Source: Sphagnum compactum (Eukaryota). From it: a DNA stretch of 64,000 bases. The stretch is taken from the NCBI GenBank assembly GCA_965153455.1, contig OZ234494.1:10106001-10170000 (forward strand). The letters run 5' to 3'. The notes beneath the pieces are model-generated. The model was not told where the DNA came from. It worked only from the letters and a program-made list of their open reading frames with translations, and did no database searches. The translations under genes and the position numbers were made by a program. Positions 1 to 13,104 of the stretch are shown here, piece by piece (position 1 is the stretch's first letter; every line of letters begins with the position of its first letter).

Positions 1-2
1 GC

Positions 3-165
3 CCGTTTCAGCGCATTTCTGAACTAGATGTAGGATACATGGCTTTACATTATCCGTTGCTATTTCCTTACGGTGAGGATGGATGGCATCCGAATATTTT
101 GCTCAATGGTGTTGTTGTTGATGTAGATTTGGATGAAGACCATGCGGAAGAATATGAGCTTCAAT
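3..165 (+). mobile_element. Helitron Rep/helicase fragment (truncated by window edge)
   Basis: Frame +3 from nt 3 reads PFQRISELDVGYMALHYPLLFPYGEDGWHPNI, matching the conserved plant Helitron motif QRISELHxSYxALQYPLLFPYGEDGW. Confidence 0.8.
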
Positions 166-214
166 TGCGTTGCTTCGGGGTGACCGATTGTGGCATCAAT
201 GTGTAGCAAAAACA

Positions 215-2096
215 ATTTCTGAAAGATTTGATTATTTTAATTGTAAAAAACCATCTTCCTTTACAATTTGTAAATAGTAGTTAGTTAAAAAGATTTAGTA
301 TGCATTTATGTCTAATAATTATTTTTCCTTTTAAAAATAAAATTTTAATGAATTACTGCCTGAATTAGTGGAAAAAAACTACACAATTATATGTTTTACC
401 AACCTTAATAGAATGTCATTTTGCAACTACAAGTTTTGATATGTGGATGTCAAAAGTTGGACATGATATTTTTGCATTAGTGATTAAATTTTTAGGAGAT
501 GATTGGTAGCCAAAGCACATTACCCTTGGTCTTTTTGAACCAATAGACACTACTCGACAAACTTTGGCTAAAAAATTGACAGATTGTTGGAAGTTATGCA
601 TTGAAGAAAAAAATTATTGTTTATGTCAAGGATGAGGGATCTAATCTGAACACTATGACTATAACCCAAAAATCAATTGTGAGTTGTTATATGTTGGGTT
701 CGGAGGAAAGTTTTCAAAGCGTTTGTTTTGGGCATGCATTTTCCAAGACTTGCCAATATGCTACAAAAGAAGAAAAAGTCTACAAAGACTTACAATATGT
801 GTCAATAAAATCTGTTCAAGGAGATTTGCAAAAATGCATAACTTGGCCAAAAAAAATCTAGAAAGGGTAAGCAAGAATGGGAAAATGCATGTGTAAATTT
901 AGGTCTTCCCCCTCAGAAAATTGTATACTCCAGTGAAGATAAGATAAATTTTTAGTTTTTTAGACTTTTTTATGTGCACATTTTTTGTCAATTTTCACTT
1001 TGCATAAACCTTTTTTCATTGTTTTTCAACTTTTATTGTGCATATTTGAACATTTTCTTTTGCTATTGTAGATTTGTTAGCAAAGTTATCCTTTTCTAGG
1101 AAGCTTTGCAGTTCAAAGAAGTAATTATATTATGTTACAATGGGTAGAATTTTGTGAGATTGAGTGCAAGAGTACCACCTCTTTTGACATGGCACATTTG
1201 TTGCATCATTGTTGATTCTCTTGGCCTTGTTGTGTTTGTTTGTATTTTGAACCATCTAGGGGTCATTGGTGTTAAGTGATGCACTAAATTTTGCCATATC
1301 TATGAGTCTAAAATTCAGGGATGAAATTGATTCTGCAACCTTTGACAACTTCATGGAAGAAGATGGAAATGTTGTTTATAAGTTGTCATGTTTGGCCTCC
1401 AATATAAAGAAGGAAGTTATTTAGGTTTTGGATTCTTTTCTTTCTTTTTTAAAAAAATATGAGGAAAGAAAGGCCCATAATATGCTTTTTTTAATGTTGG
1501 ACCCTAGGTTTAAAACTTTTTGTCTTGTGTCCTCACTTATTGGTCGTGAACAAGGTACGACAATTGTTGAAAAATATGACAAACAATCTTTATTTCTTAT
1601 GCTTCTTAAATGTTATTATCATTTGCATCCATTGATTGAATCTGAAAACGGTGTTGTTGATCAAAAGGTTGAAGATGATAAAAGTTTGGATATCTTTGAG
1701 ATGACAATCAACATAAGTGAACCAACAATAGAATTGGTCAATAGAGAGTTTTTGATTTTGAAGGAGCTTTTGAAAGGGACGAAGTTGTGGAGTTGTAAAT
1801 TTTGAATAATTTTTCCCCCAAATTTCCATGTATTTTTAAATTGTAAAAAAATATTTTAATTAATAAAGGAATTAAATAATTATTAATTTAAATATTAATT
1901 TCCAAAAGAATGAAAACTGGGTTGTGAGAACTAGACAAGAGAACCAACTGTTATCATATATGCAAGAATCGCCCTAATTGAGAATCGGGTGCATTTGGAA
2001 AAAGTAAAAATCTTGAGAACCGATCAGGTTCTCATAGCATAATGTAAGAACTGGAACAGCCGGTTCTCACAAAAAAGTGAGAACCGCCCAACACTG
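215..2096 (+). mobile_element. Decayed hAT DNA transposon (transposase pseudogene plus 3' end)
   Basis: Fragments SFDMWMSK..DIFALVI, YVKDEGSNL, CFGHAFSKTCQY and MLDPRFK are hAT transposase motifs, broken by stops and frameshifts. Subterminal GAGAAC/GTTCTC repeats and the terminus ...GAGAACCGCCCAACACTG at 2096 (TIR CAGTGTT on the reverse strand). Confidence 0.85.
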
Positions 2097-2561
2097 GTAT
2101 TTATCTGAGTGGGAGGGGCAGTCCTCTGCTGGTTGAACTTCTAAGTGGAATGGGCCTTCTTCCACACTCGGTCTCCTTTCCTGTTCCCCTGGCCCATGTT
2201 GGGTAAAGAGCATGCCAATTTTGTTACTTACCAGGGTACGCTATTAATTCTTAGAATCTTCTGCTTTCACATACATTTGGGGAGGGGGGTTTCAGTTCAA
2301 TATAAGATATTTGTTGATTACTTTGGAAAAAAGGTTTATAAAAATTTGGAAAACAAATTAGGCCCTCAAAAAACTCTTGAAGACATTTCCAAAACAAAAA
2401 AAGCACGTGGAAATATACTTAAAGTTCTTTTATTTCATTTAAAAATAAAATCTAGATTTCTATCAATTGTCAAAACTACCATACTTATGAGTAAATAAAG
2501 GTAGATACTAAATAGTAACATTATTCCACTGATGATTAGGTGACAAAATAACACCCTCCAA

Positions 2562-2840
2562 TCAGAGTTTTTGTTTGTGGAGAATTTTCATCACTTGGAA
2601 ACAAAATAAGGGGTTGCAACTTGTACAAAGATTTATTTTTGGAAAAAGTGACCTATAGTTGCCATATTTTGAGGGATTTCTTTTTGAAATTGCTAGATTT
2701 AGACCATAGGTTCTAGCATGTTGCCAAAGTATATAGTGAGGTTCTAAAAGTTTCTGCTTTCCTTTGTGAATTGTAATTAAATTTTGCTAAGTCTTTTGTA
2801 GATTATTGGTAGTTCACTTACCTCCTCAAGAGAAAACAGT
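2562..2840. repeat. Dispersed ~270-bp MITE-like repeat, copy 1
   Basis: Colinear similarity to 4640-4915 and weaker similarity to 30500-30770 and 12020-12200 (shared ...TACAAAG...CCATATTTTGAGGG...ATTTAGAC... blocks). Confidence 0.55.
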
Positions 2841-4639
2841 CCTTTTAAAAGGAAGTTATGTGAATTTTTAAAAAAAGGATCTCATATATTGGTTATTGGA
2901 TAGAAATTATAATTTAAATACTTGTATAATAGGATCTTATTTATTTTTAAAATTGAAATATAATTAATATAGGGCAAACATTATTTTCAAGTACTAGAAT
3001 TTTTAAGAAAATAATATCATATGTACAATGGACTTTGTCAAGTTATTGTTTTGGAAGTAGATGACTTTGGGTGGGAAGCAAGTGACATTATAAACTTACA
3101 CCATTTAAACATAAAACATTTACACCTTTTAAGGAGAAAATAAGGAGATAACATGGAATGCCATGTCAAATTGTGTTGGAGTAAATGTATTTAGAAACAT
3201 TTTATTTTTAAGCATGTTGTCCTTATGATCAAACGAATATTATAATATCTTGGTAGCTTCGATATTAATTACATTATTTTCAGAAATGTTGAATTTTTAG
3301 AAAATATTTTTTCCAAAGACCAAAATTTTGTGAAGGAAATCAGAGAATCTTTGTGAGTATTTTATTTTTTGACATGGAATTTTCAATTTTAATTAATTAT
3401 TTGACAAACATGCATTAAAACTACCTTTGTGCTATGATATGTGTTACCAAATTCAATTCAAACATAAAAATTAAATTTAGTTTAGGGTGGCTTACATATA
3501 TGAATATAATAATATTAATTTTTATAAGTTAGGAAAAATTAATGGTCCTTCACATAATACCTTTTAAACAATATTGTTTTTGAAACATGTAATGGATGAA
3601 AGCATGATTGGGTGATACCATTAAAAATCATTTAACGATTTTTTTTAGGAATGGTTAAGAAATATTTGATAAAATTTGAAAATGTATTATGATTTTTTTC
3701 CCCTATTGTTGCATCCATGTAACCAATGGTTTTGATTATTTTGACAATAAAATGCAAGATATATTTTAAAATTTTGTAGGATGCCATGCATTATCACATC
3801 GAAATCTACAACTATCACTATCGTCACACATACATCATGTACCAAATAAAGCCATGAATGGTACACCATATCCAAACCAAAATGAATTCATTTGCAATAA
3901 CACAAGAATCCAAGCCCCAAACATAAAAACAACACAAACACCATGTACCATGAAAAGTTATGCAAACACAACACAACTTGCAAAGTAGAAACACATTATG
4001 TTTTGTAATCTCAAATCAATAATAAAGATTTAAGATCACAAAATTTGTGTTTTATACCAATTCACAAGTTAACTTGAACTTGTCCATGTTGGAATTGATT
4101 TAAAGCTAAATTACACACTAAATTACATTAGTTTAACTAAGTTAGATTAGGCATAATTAATTTATATTTAACTATATAGTTAATCATAACCACTTGACAA
4201 AGGAAATGGGGTTGAAAAATTTGTGTTCATGAAGATATAGGAATTTTATGAATGCCATAATTCTTGATGGACATCGAGTGTCCATGGCTTTTTTTAAAAA
4301 TTAATAGACATGGAAAACATATACTATTCTTCTTAGACTTAAAGTTATAAAATGCAAACAATATCCACATTGATGCATGTATTGTTAAACTTTAATATTG
4401 AGTCTAAGCCTAAGAAGAAAACACTTTGAATTTTGAGTAATTTCTTTCATTGAAAATTGAAAGTTGGGTAATGAGTTCACACTTGACCCAACGGCACAAG
4501 TCACACTAGTTGGAGATTAGCCAATGCAATGATCCAGGTGCCTGGAAAGTTTGATACTCTCAATTGTGGTGTGTGGATAGTGCCAGTGGTAGTAAGCTAT
4601 TTCATGTGAGAGCGAAGCGAGATCAGCATTGTCCTTTTT

Positions 4640-4915
4640 TTTGTTTCTGGGCGAATTGGGTCCACAAAAAAGAATCTGGTGCAAGGTGTACAAAGGGTAT
4701 TTTTAGAAAGATGTGCAAAAGTCACCATATTTTGAGGGAAAAAAAAGTCAGAAGTCGTCACATTTAGACACTGAGTTCCTGGATCGAGAAGAAGAGGAGA
4801 TCCTAAAAAATTCCTACTTTGCTGGCTGACGTCTAGCCAAATTGGGCTCATTTCCTCTTGTGGAATGATCGCCAGTTCACATCTACTTGACAAAACTGAA
4901 AAAAGAAACTCTGGA
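4640..4915. repeat. Dispersed ~270-bp MITE-like repeat, copy 2
   Basis: Similar to 2562-2840. Ends ...AAACTCTG, the reverse complement of the CAGAGTTT start of copy 1. Confidence 0.55.
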
Positions 4916-5444
4916 GATCAGTTGGTCTAGAATGCAACAAATAAATAAATAAATAAATATTTTGGGAACATTACTTAATTGGCCCATTTCTGTTTACATG
5001 GAGGTTTTGGACTTTGCTTGAAATAATATTTGAGCTTGATTGAATTTAGCTCCAGTGCAAGATCTAAGGTTTCTTAGAAAAAGAACCAGAGAAGAATGCT
5101 AACTAGTATTTGAGCCCTAGTACTTCCCACAGATCAATAACACATGTACATATCAATTCTGCAAAAGCCTCCCTCGAACTGAAGACAATCTGCTCAATAA
5201 CAGCACATACATAAAGACTATACCAGTTGCTTCGTGACATGAATATGTACAAGAGATAGATCTTGAGTGGAGTTAATATATATGTCAGAGAAAGCCAAAT
5301 ATACACTGAAAAGCCAACCCAATTGATCTGCACTGACGTTTAGGGGTTAAATCCATGAGAAGCTGACCAAATGGGTCTGCTCTGACATTTAGGGGTCAAA
5401 TCCATTAATATACAGCTGGGGATCTGAAGAGCTGATTTATTTGA

Positions 5445-6020
5445 TCAGTAAACACTAGTGTCACGCATCAGGTTTTGGAAATCTTTGAAATCAACCAAGC
5501 CATCCCCATCTGTGTCCACAGATCTGATCATGTAATGGCATTCTTCCAAGGTTAGATTGGTATCACCCAAGCTTTTTAGCACACTATGAAGCTCCTCTGC
5601 AGAGATAACTCCATTGCCATCCAGGTCGAAACTATGGAAGGCGGATTCCATGACATCAGAAAAAGCAGCTCCAGTTCCTGCTGTTTCAAGTCCGTCCACC
5701 CCGCTTCCGTGCAAATTCAGGCTAATAAATTCTTGCAAGTTGATGAACCCATCACCGTCCATATCCACTTCCTCTACCATTCTTCTGAGCTCCGCGTTCG
5801 AGGGATTCTCTCCGAGGGCTTGAAGAACGGACCCAAGTTCCGCTTGTGAGATTTTACCATCGCCGTTACGATCGAATACTTTGAAGACTTCTGTCAGCTC
5901 GCTTACCATATGTGCTGATATTCCTGCACATTCTGCGACCTCAATCTCAATCTCGCCTCTTGTTGGCACAGCTTTAATCTCTGTTTTATGAGTAGTTTGG
6001 CTTGAAGACGTAGGTTCCAT
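5445..6020 (-). CDS. Calmodulin-like (CML) calcium-binding protein, 4 EF-hands, intronless
   Basis: 191-aa ORF with EF-hand loops DRNGDGKISQAE, DMDGDGFINLQE, DLDGNGVISAEE and DTDGDGLVDFKD. Confidence 0.95.
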   Translation of the reverse strand: MEPTSSSQTTHKTEIKAVPTRGEIEIEVAECAGISAHMVSELTEVFKVFDRNGDGKISQAELGSVLQALGENPSNAELRRMVEEVDMDGDGFINLQEFISLNLHGSGVDGLETAGTGAAFSDVMESAFHSFDLDGNGVISAEELHSVLKSLGDTNLTLEECHYMIRSVDTDGDGLVDFKDFQNLMRDTSVY

Positions 6021-8054
6021 ATTTTCCTCGACCGGGCCGGTACTGGGAAGATTAATCGGTCAAATGCGTCGCTCCAAACAGCACTTGAGTCGACTCCAAA
6101 AACGTTTGGTGAACCTCAGACTTTAGACCAAAAAATCCAGGAGCTTCTGTTACGATTTAGACCGTATAAAATCAGGACAATTTTGTGGCAAAGAGATAGA
6201 CCCCTAAGACTATTCGACCGAGGAAATTGATCAACTGGGTAACAGCAGCATGTGCAATTGGGAACGGAAGCAATCCAGAAATCAAGCTGCTAAAATTATG
6301 TAACTACTGCTTGAAGAATTTTTTAAAACAAGCGGATCAAGTTCTAAATTGCGAGCACCCGTAAACTTATGGACCTTGAGAGGAAATACTTGCTTACGAA
6401 ACAAAGATGGGAAGTGATGTGAAAAATCAGTTATTCTTGTGCAAGTTGTGAATTGAGTGTCTAGTTCTTATGCACTCACAAGCTCTTACATACATGAGCA
6501 GCTTCGGTTTGAAATCCTTGGTTCTCGTCAAGCTTTTGGTGTCTCGTTTCCGAACAAGCGCGAAGAAGGTGCAAGGCGTGTGCAGGAGCCGGCAGTTCAC
6601 CGTGTAACCTCCTGGAATGAAGACGTCCAGGCAGGAGTGATGATGCCGGGACAGTACCGGATGGTCGACGATCTGCGCGTGATCTATCCGGTTCTTCAAC
6701 GGGGTTTCCGAGTCCTTTCTAGCTCCGACCATAACGAAGTTTTCCCGTGCCGTGAAAGGTCCTTCCGAAATGACGTGCTGTCGCCGACACGCCGCGTGCT
6801 GACGACGTTCCCGATTGCGCCGGGCTGACCGCCCAAAATAACTTACTGTGAAATTTACACCTCCTCCTTGCTTCTTGTTCTGCACTAGGTATGGAAGAAC
6901 GTGGCGAGACCGTTAGAGTGAGCCGTCGTCCTGTTGGGCGGTAACTTGGTTTGTAATGCCCGATAGCTGTTACGTGGTCGGTAAGGCCTGTGCACAGGGG
7001 TGTTACCAAAATAAGTTGCTGCCTGAGGTACTGCCCGACATCAGGGCCTTCGCTTCGCCAATGTGAAGCGCCACTCAGTTCATTACAGTTTTCAACAGTC
7101 AAATAGTGGGCGTCGGTTTTCACTGGCCAAAATCTTCAAGATCTGACGGCCAGAGTTACGGAAGGGTAAAGAGGGTTCTTTTCCCTGTAATGTGTGGAGG
7201 GTGTTTTTACATAATGCCCTCTGTAAGGGCAGAAGAACCTGCTCTCTAGAATGGGGTCTGATTACCCCAAATAAAGGGTACCTTCCCTTACACTAAAAAA
7301 ATGAGGAGTGCTTTACAAAAATGGAAGAGCTTGCCCAGAAACTCCAAGGGCCTTGCTGCATGTAAAAGCGCTATCTCTTTCTTAAATGCAAATTTTTTGT
7401 GATACCCTTTTGGTACCTGGGTAGGAACTTTTAAAACCGGAAAAGCAAAGTAGCTTTCAACAACCCAAAGATGTTCTCCCTTTTTAGGTACCTAGTAACA
7501 TTACAATGCTGTCAAAATACACAATGAAAATTCTGACAGATCCTTAGTAGGTCTACCAAGGCATGTTCTACAGGGTAACCGATTTTCCCTTGCCCACCGG
7601 CATTCACATTTCAAGCACGTTCTCCTTGAGAATTCATGTTACGAGTTAAACTAACTGCACCAGCCTAAATGTGGAACCAGCAAATGACTGCCTGTCCCAC
7701 TTACGAAGAGGCTCAATTCGGCGGCGTTGAAAAACCCCTCATGGACCACCGGGTGTCAGTGTTGCAACTTCTCTGGCGGTCACAAAGATCTGACCAAGGG
7801 TTTGGATTCCTGTCAATCCAAAGTTTAGGGAAGGTAATGTGTCACACTTCTCCTGAGAGGTTGTGAGTTCAAAGTCAGTGAGGAGCGAATGTCCATGCAC
7901 CACATAATTTTTTGTCCTGTGCTTCCCAAGAAAGGTTTTGAACACTAAATAGGAACAAAGGATTAAAGGCAGCATCAGGTTTGATGTTTGTTGTAGGACA
8001 ATGTTAAAGAGGAATTTTTAATTTTTTTCTTTTTATTATTAATCTGAATTATGC

Positions 8055-8910
8055 TTTAATTATTTTTCTTGCACCACCATTTCAAAGAAGAAAATTATGG
8101 TGCAATGGTTAGAATCATCATGTTTAAGCCCAAAGGTTTGATTGTTCTCTCAAATTTTCATTTTTTTTCACAGACATCTCTGAAAATAAATATAGCTCTT
8201 GAGCAATTTCTTCAAGCAAGTTTTCCTCAAAAGTCAAGGGCTTGCAATTTCCTTGGGGAGAAGAGGATTTAATCAAGTTTCCCCCAGTTACCTAGGGGGA
8301 AACGAACTTGCAACTTCTCAACGGCAAATGGGCTAAAGTTTCCTAAGTATATGCGATTCCTTGGGGCAAATGCGCTCAAATCCTCTTGGAAACATGGCTG
8401 CTTGAGACAAATTGGCCCACAAAATGGTTCTTTCAAGTAATGAGCCTAAGTTTCTTGAAGAAACCTGTAAACATGAAGCAAATAGGCCCAAGTTCCCCAT
8501 GGAAACATAAAACATGGTTTCCCAACACATGGGCTCAAATTCTTTAGGGATAATCGATTCCTTGAAGCAAATGGGCCCCATTTCCTCAAGAAACTTCCTA
8601 AGGAGCTTGGGCCCGTTTGCGCTGAGGAAGTTGGAAGAAGAGGACTTGCAACTTTGACTTAACCAAGTTCCCCCAACTTCCCTAGGAGAAGGGAAAGTTT
8701 TGCAGGGTTTTCTCTCTTCTCTTGTCCGGGAAACTTGTTTGAGAACTTGTCAATGGACTAGCCTACATTTTTTTTTTCATCCATGCATGAAGAAAATGAA
8801 AATTTGAAGAAAATAGTCAAACCTTGGACTTTCGGATTAGAGGGGGTGGTTCTTTCCTTCACACTGCACTTTTTTCCCTTAAAATGATGGTGCAAGAATG
8901 ATAATTAACA
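8055..8910. mobile_element. Foldback/MITE-like element with long imperfect terminal inverted repeats
   Basis: TTCTTGCACCACCATTTCAAAG at ~8066 is the inverse of CTTAAAATGATGGTGCAAGAA at ~8878. Inverted similarity continues inward for ~150 bp. The interior has short TTCCT..AGGAA/GGGCCC repeats and no credible ORF. Confidence 0.65.
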
Positions 8911-10789
8911 TGTTTATCATAGTTTGGGTACAATTGTTTTTATTTTTATTTTTTGATTTGAGGGAACGTTAAATGTTAAAATTTTACATTATCTATGTCA
9001 AATAAGATATTTTTTAGGATATTAAACGAGATATCCTTTTTTCCTACCATATTATTTATTTAAAAAAAATGCACATATTTAAACCACCGTAAATATAATA
9101 ATAATAATAATAATATTTTTTGTATTGAATTGAGATATCCTATATTTATTTGAAATTTAAGTTTTAATACTTGATTAAAAAGAAGGGGCACATGATGGCT
9201 CTCATTTTTCAAGGGTTTAAAAAATGTAGTGAAAGGAATACAACCGTTGAAATGAATATAATGATTTGTTTCCTTGAATGGATAAATTATAAATCTTACC
9301 AAATAAATAGCATATAAATATGATGTTTTAAAGCATCAATTGTTCCTCTTCATTCAAAACAAACCAAGGTAAAACACAAATGATGAACATGTGATGGACT
9401 TTAAAAAAAAAAAAAAAAAAAGTCATGTTTGCACTTGTTCTCAAAATTTTCACATAAATGACACATAAATGAGTTCACTTACTAATAATAGTTAATTTAT
9501 TAACTTATTAATTCAATTGAACCTACTAACAATTAATATTTAGCTTCTTTATTACATGTATTGTATTATATTTTTTAATATAAAAAATACATCATATATT
9601 ATTTATAAATAAATTTTCAAAATGAAAATAACCCTGTTACAAAAATAATTAAAGTATGAAATTTAACCAACAACTAATATATGAAACCGTATATTTTCAA
9701 CGAAGAGTGTCCACCTAGGCTTGTTGGGTGTAGTCTTGCAACTACGTCAAGATTAGTGTTATATTTTATTCGTTTCTCCTATTTAGTGCTTGCTCACAAT
9801 GATGTGTGTGACGTTTTGTCTTGCATCATTGGGTGATTTCCATGTGGTTTAAGAATAAATTAATCCTTTTTTTCAACTTTTTAAATAATTCGATTAACAT
9901 TTTGATGGTGTTGTTCTAATAATGGGGTCTTCATATTTATAAATGTTATCATTATTCAAATTTGAGGTCTACGTTTAGAAACAATGCACACAAAAGAATT
10001 GAGCCACAATGACCTTTAACACCAATGCGATCAAAATTTCCATTAACAAATATGTAGCCACTTCCACAAATAAATTTACAACTGTTTGCATATTTGTTGT
10101 GCTAACAAAGCATATGCCAATAAGGATCCAAAAGGTTCCCCCACATCTTTCCAGTCATCATCACCCTTCTCAAGCAAAGAATGTCATTTTACTTCTCTCC
10201 AAAAGATGCCAGCCACATCCAACTTAAACTAAAGTGTGGTGGTAATGGGGTTGCCTACCAATTAAACTCCCCTTATTACCAACTCACATCCAAGTCTCAT
10301 AGCTCACTATATTCGTGATATGGTGTGATTCATATTAAATAGTTGGGGGTGCCTTTCAAAGTTCTTTTTTTTGCAATGAGCCTCTTTGATTGCCCCCATC
10401 ACAATCTTTTTTTGAAAATTTGAAGACAGCCCAATATAAAAGTGTAATCTCCGAACATAGAAACATATAATTCCCAATATTGGCTCACCTGGATATGTTC
10501 CAAGAGGACAATCTTGGGCAAAGCATATGGGACAAAGTAAAGTGCTAATGGAAACATGTTGAAACACATTGGGAACAACAGAATCCAACAAAAACCAACA
10601 CTGGCTAGCTCACGTCAGAACATAGGCAAAGAAAGTCTACACTAAGGTAAGACATAGATTGGTTATTAAACTCTCTGATTTAAGTCCTTTCCTTCTTTCC
10701 TTTTCCATTTTTTCTCTTCTTCTTGTGTTCCCTTGCCAGAATTACATCAGTTTTGAATTTGCCAAAAAGGATCTCTGTTGAAACAAGCA

Positions 10790-11405
10790 ACTAGTTGGGT
10801 AATGTCTCTGGCTTAACACATGACCTTTCCCACACAACTTGATTTTGCAAGAGAATTGAACAGATTCTGCAAAAGAACTGGGGGTTCCTTAACAACAAGC
10901 AACAGTTGAAATGGGAAATGTTCCTGAAAATGTGGGACCAAATGAACTCTACATCAAACTGTAGTCTCTCCATAATCTACCTCTAGTTGATTTTGTAAGA
11001 GAAATGACTCTCTAAAAGAACATCATTCCTTCTTCCAAACCAGAAGCAGTTCAAATAGAAAATGTTCTTAGAAATGTGGGATCAAATGAACTCTACATTG
11101 TTCCCCAGTGTCTCCCTACCTCTAGTTGATTTTGTAAGAGAATTGACTCTCTAAGAGGACCGCTGGTTCCTTCTTCCAAATCAGTAACAGTTCAAATAGG
11201 AAATGTTCCTGAAAAGGTAGGATGAAAAAAAAGTCTACATCGATTCAGAAATGTCTCGTCAGTGAAGTTGATTTTGCAAGAAAACTGGATTCTGTAGTTG
11301 ATTTTGCAAGAAGTGATTCTGTGAGAGAACTGGGTGTACCTTCTTCAAAACTAACAAAAAAACCTTCCTGGAAACTTGCAACCAGATGAACTCGATGTGG
11401 TTCCA
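10790..11405. repeat. Degenerate tandem repeat, ~110-125 bp unit, about 5 copies
   Basis: Recurrent AGTTGATTTTG(C/T)AAGAGAA...TTCCTTCTTCCAAA...AATGTTCCTGAAAA...GAACTCTACATC. Further copies at ~11915-12015 and 17250-17510. Confidence 0.75.
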
Positions 11406-13104
11406 TAAAGAACTGGTAGAATTGTTTTAGTGTATGTGGAGGCAGCCTTACCATTCATTGTTAAGAGTTTGGTGTCACCAGAGGAGGCACCTTAAGCAAA
11501 AGAAATCCTCAAACAACCTTAGATGTAACATTTGTTAGGAACCATGCATGTAAGGTGCCTCCTCTCATTTGCAAACAAAATCAGAACAATTGAAAATTCT
11601 ACCAGATCTTTATGCTTGGTAAGGACATCGTATGAGGCACTCCTGGGATCCAGTGCTCTGCTCCTGCCCTCGCGGTGGGCCCTCATTCCCAGAACAGCCG
11701 CATTCTCAATCCTTACCTTACACATAAAGACCTAGCTGAAATTTGCTACAATATGTGGAAGGCCAGTTATAAGCAGATTTTTGCCTCCACCCAGCGGAGT
11801 AGCAATTCATTTTGCAGGAGGGTTTTCCCATTTTGAAAAGTCTCTGTGCCCCAGTGTGAAGACTGTCACAGACCTTGGCTGAGTGCTTTACCCTCCAAAT
11901 AATTTCTCCTTACCTCTAGTTGATTTTGCAAAATTCAGTAAGAGAATTAGTGGATCCATTTTTCGAAACCAGCAACAGTTGAAATGAGAAAATGTTCACT
12001 AAAATGTTCGACCAAATCAATGTTTTTTTGGATGAAATTTCACCACTTGGTGACAAAAGAAAGGAGGCCTGAAACACCCCCATAGGATTTTTTTTGAAAA
12101 TTTTGATCAAAGTTGACATATTTTGAGATAGAAAGTACAGTTGTGCACCTGCCAGACAAGACTCTAATAAATATGATGTGACTGATGCACCCTGTTTCTC
12201 ATTAGCCAATCATAACGATTGAATGATTGGTCTACGTGGTTTGCTATTAGGGTTGCATAAAAGTAAATAGCCTAACAAAACTTGGATGTGAGAAATATTT
12301 TTGCAGAGCAACATGCTGAGCAAATGGCCTGCACACCATGTCTTCACATCCAAATTTTGTGTTAAATTTTTTCCCCTCCCCAGCCATAAACTGTAAATAC
12401 TAAACATTATACACTGAGGAATTATGTAAAGATCACACGGGGGTCAATTAGTGAGACCAGCCAATGAGTTGCAGTAAGTTTGTCGGCATGGAATGCAAAC
12501 ACCCAACTAGCAGCAGTGTTTATTTTTGTTTTCCCGTGTCTGCTGAAACCCCGGAATCTGGCAACAATTTGGTGTACCTCTTTACCCACTTTCACACCAT
12601 TGTGGTGTATTATTTCATCCAAAAGTGGCGTGCAGGCCAGGTTCCAGTGGACTGGTCGAGCATCTCCACCGGTGCTCAGTATATGACTCCAGACAGTAAA
12701 ATTTATTGTGAAAAAGTCAAAATGTGCCGGTTTAGGTCAGGAAATTGGTTTTTCTGCACCAAATTCGTGCAGCCTGTCGTGGCTGGTAAAAGGCGCCACA
12801 CAGGTGTGCACCTTCAAAAACGAGTGTAATAAATTGGACCTGACTGCGGCTCAGTATTTCTGATTGGTTGATCCTAATGATTGGTCTAGGTGGTTTGCTA
12901 TTAGTAGTTCCCACGTACGTGGAGTTCCAGTACAGTCTTATTGCTGGGGTTGCCAAAAAGAACACAGCTAAACTTAGACATTTAATTTTATTGTCCAAAG
13001 TGACATACTAAGCACTGGTGGAGATGCTCTTAGGGTTCTAAGTTCTGACCTGTAGCCAAATTCCGCTACGCTCTTTTGTACAGGATTACCAACCCACCTA
13101 CATC

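Noticed and set aside
6427-7123. ORFs of 123-152 aa upstream of CML
   Set aside because: No recognisable domain. Overlapping ORFs on both strands are explained by GC-rich promoter/UTR sequence.
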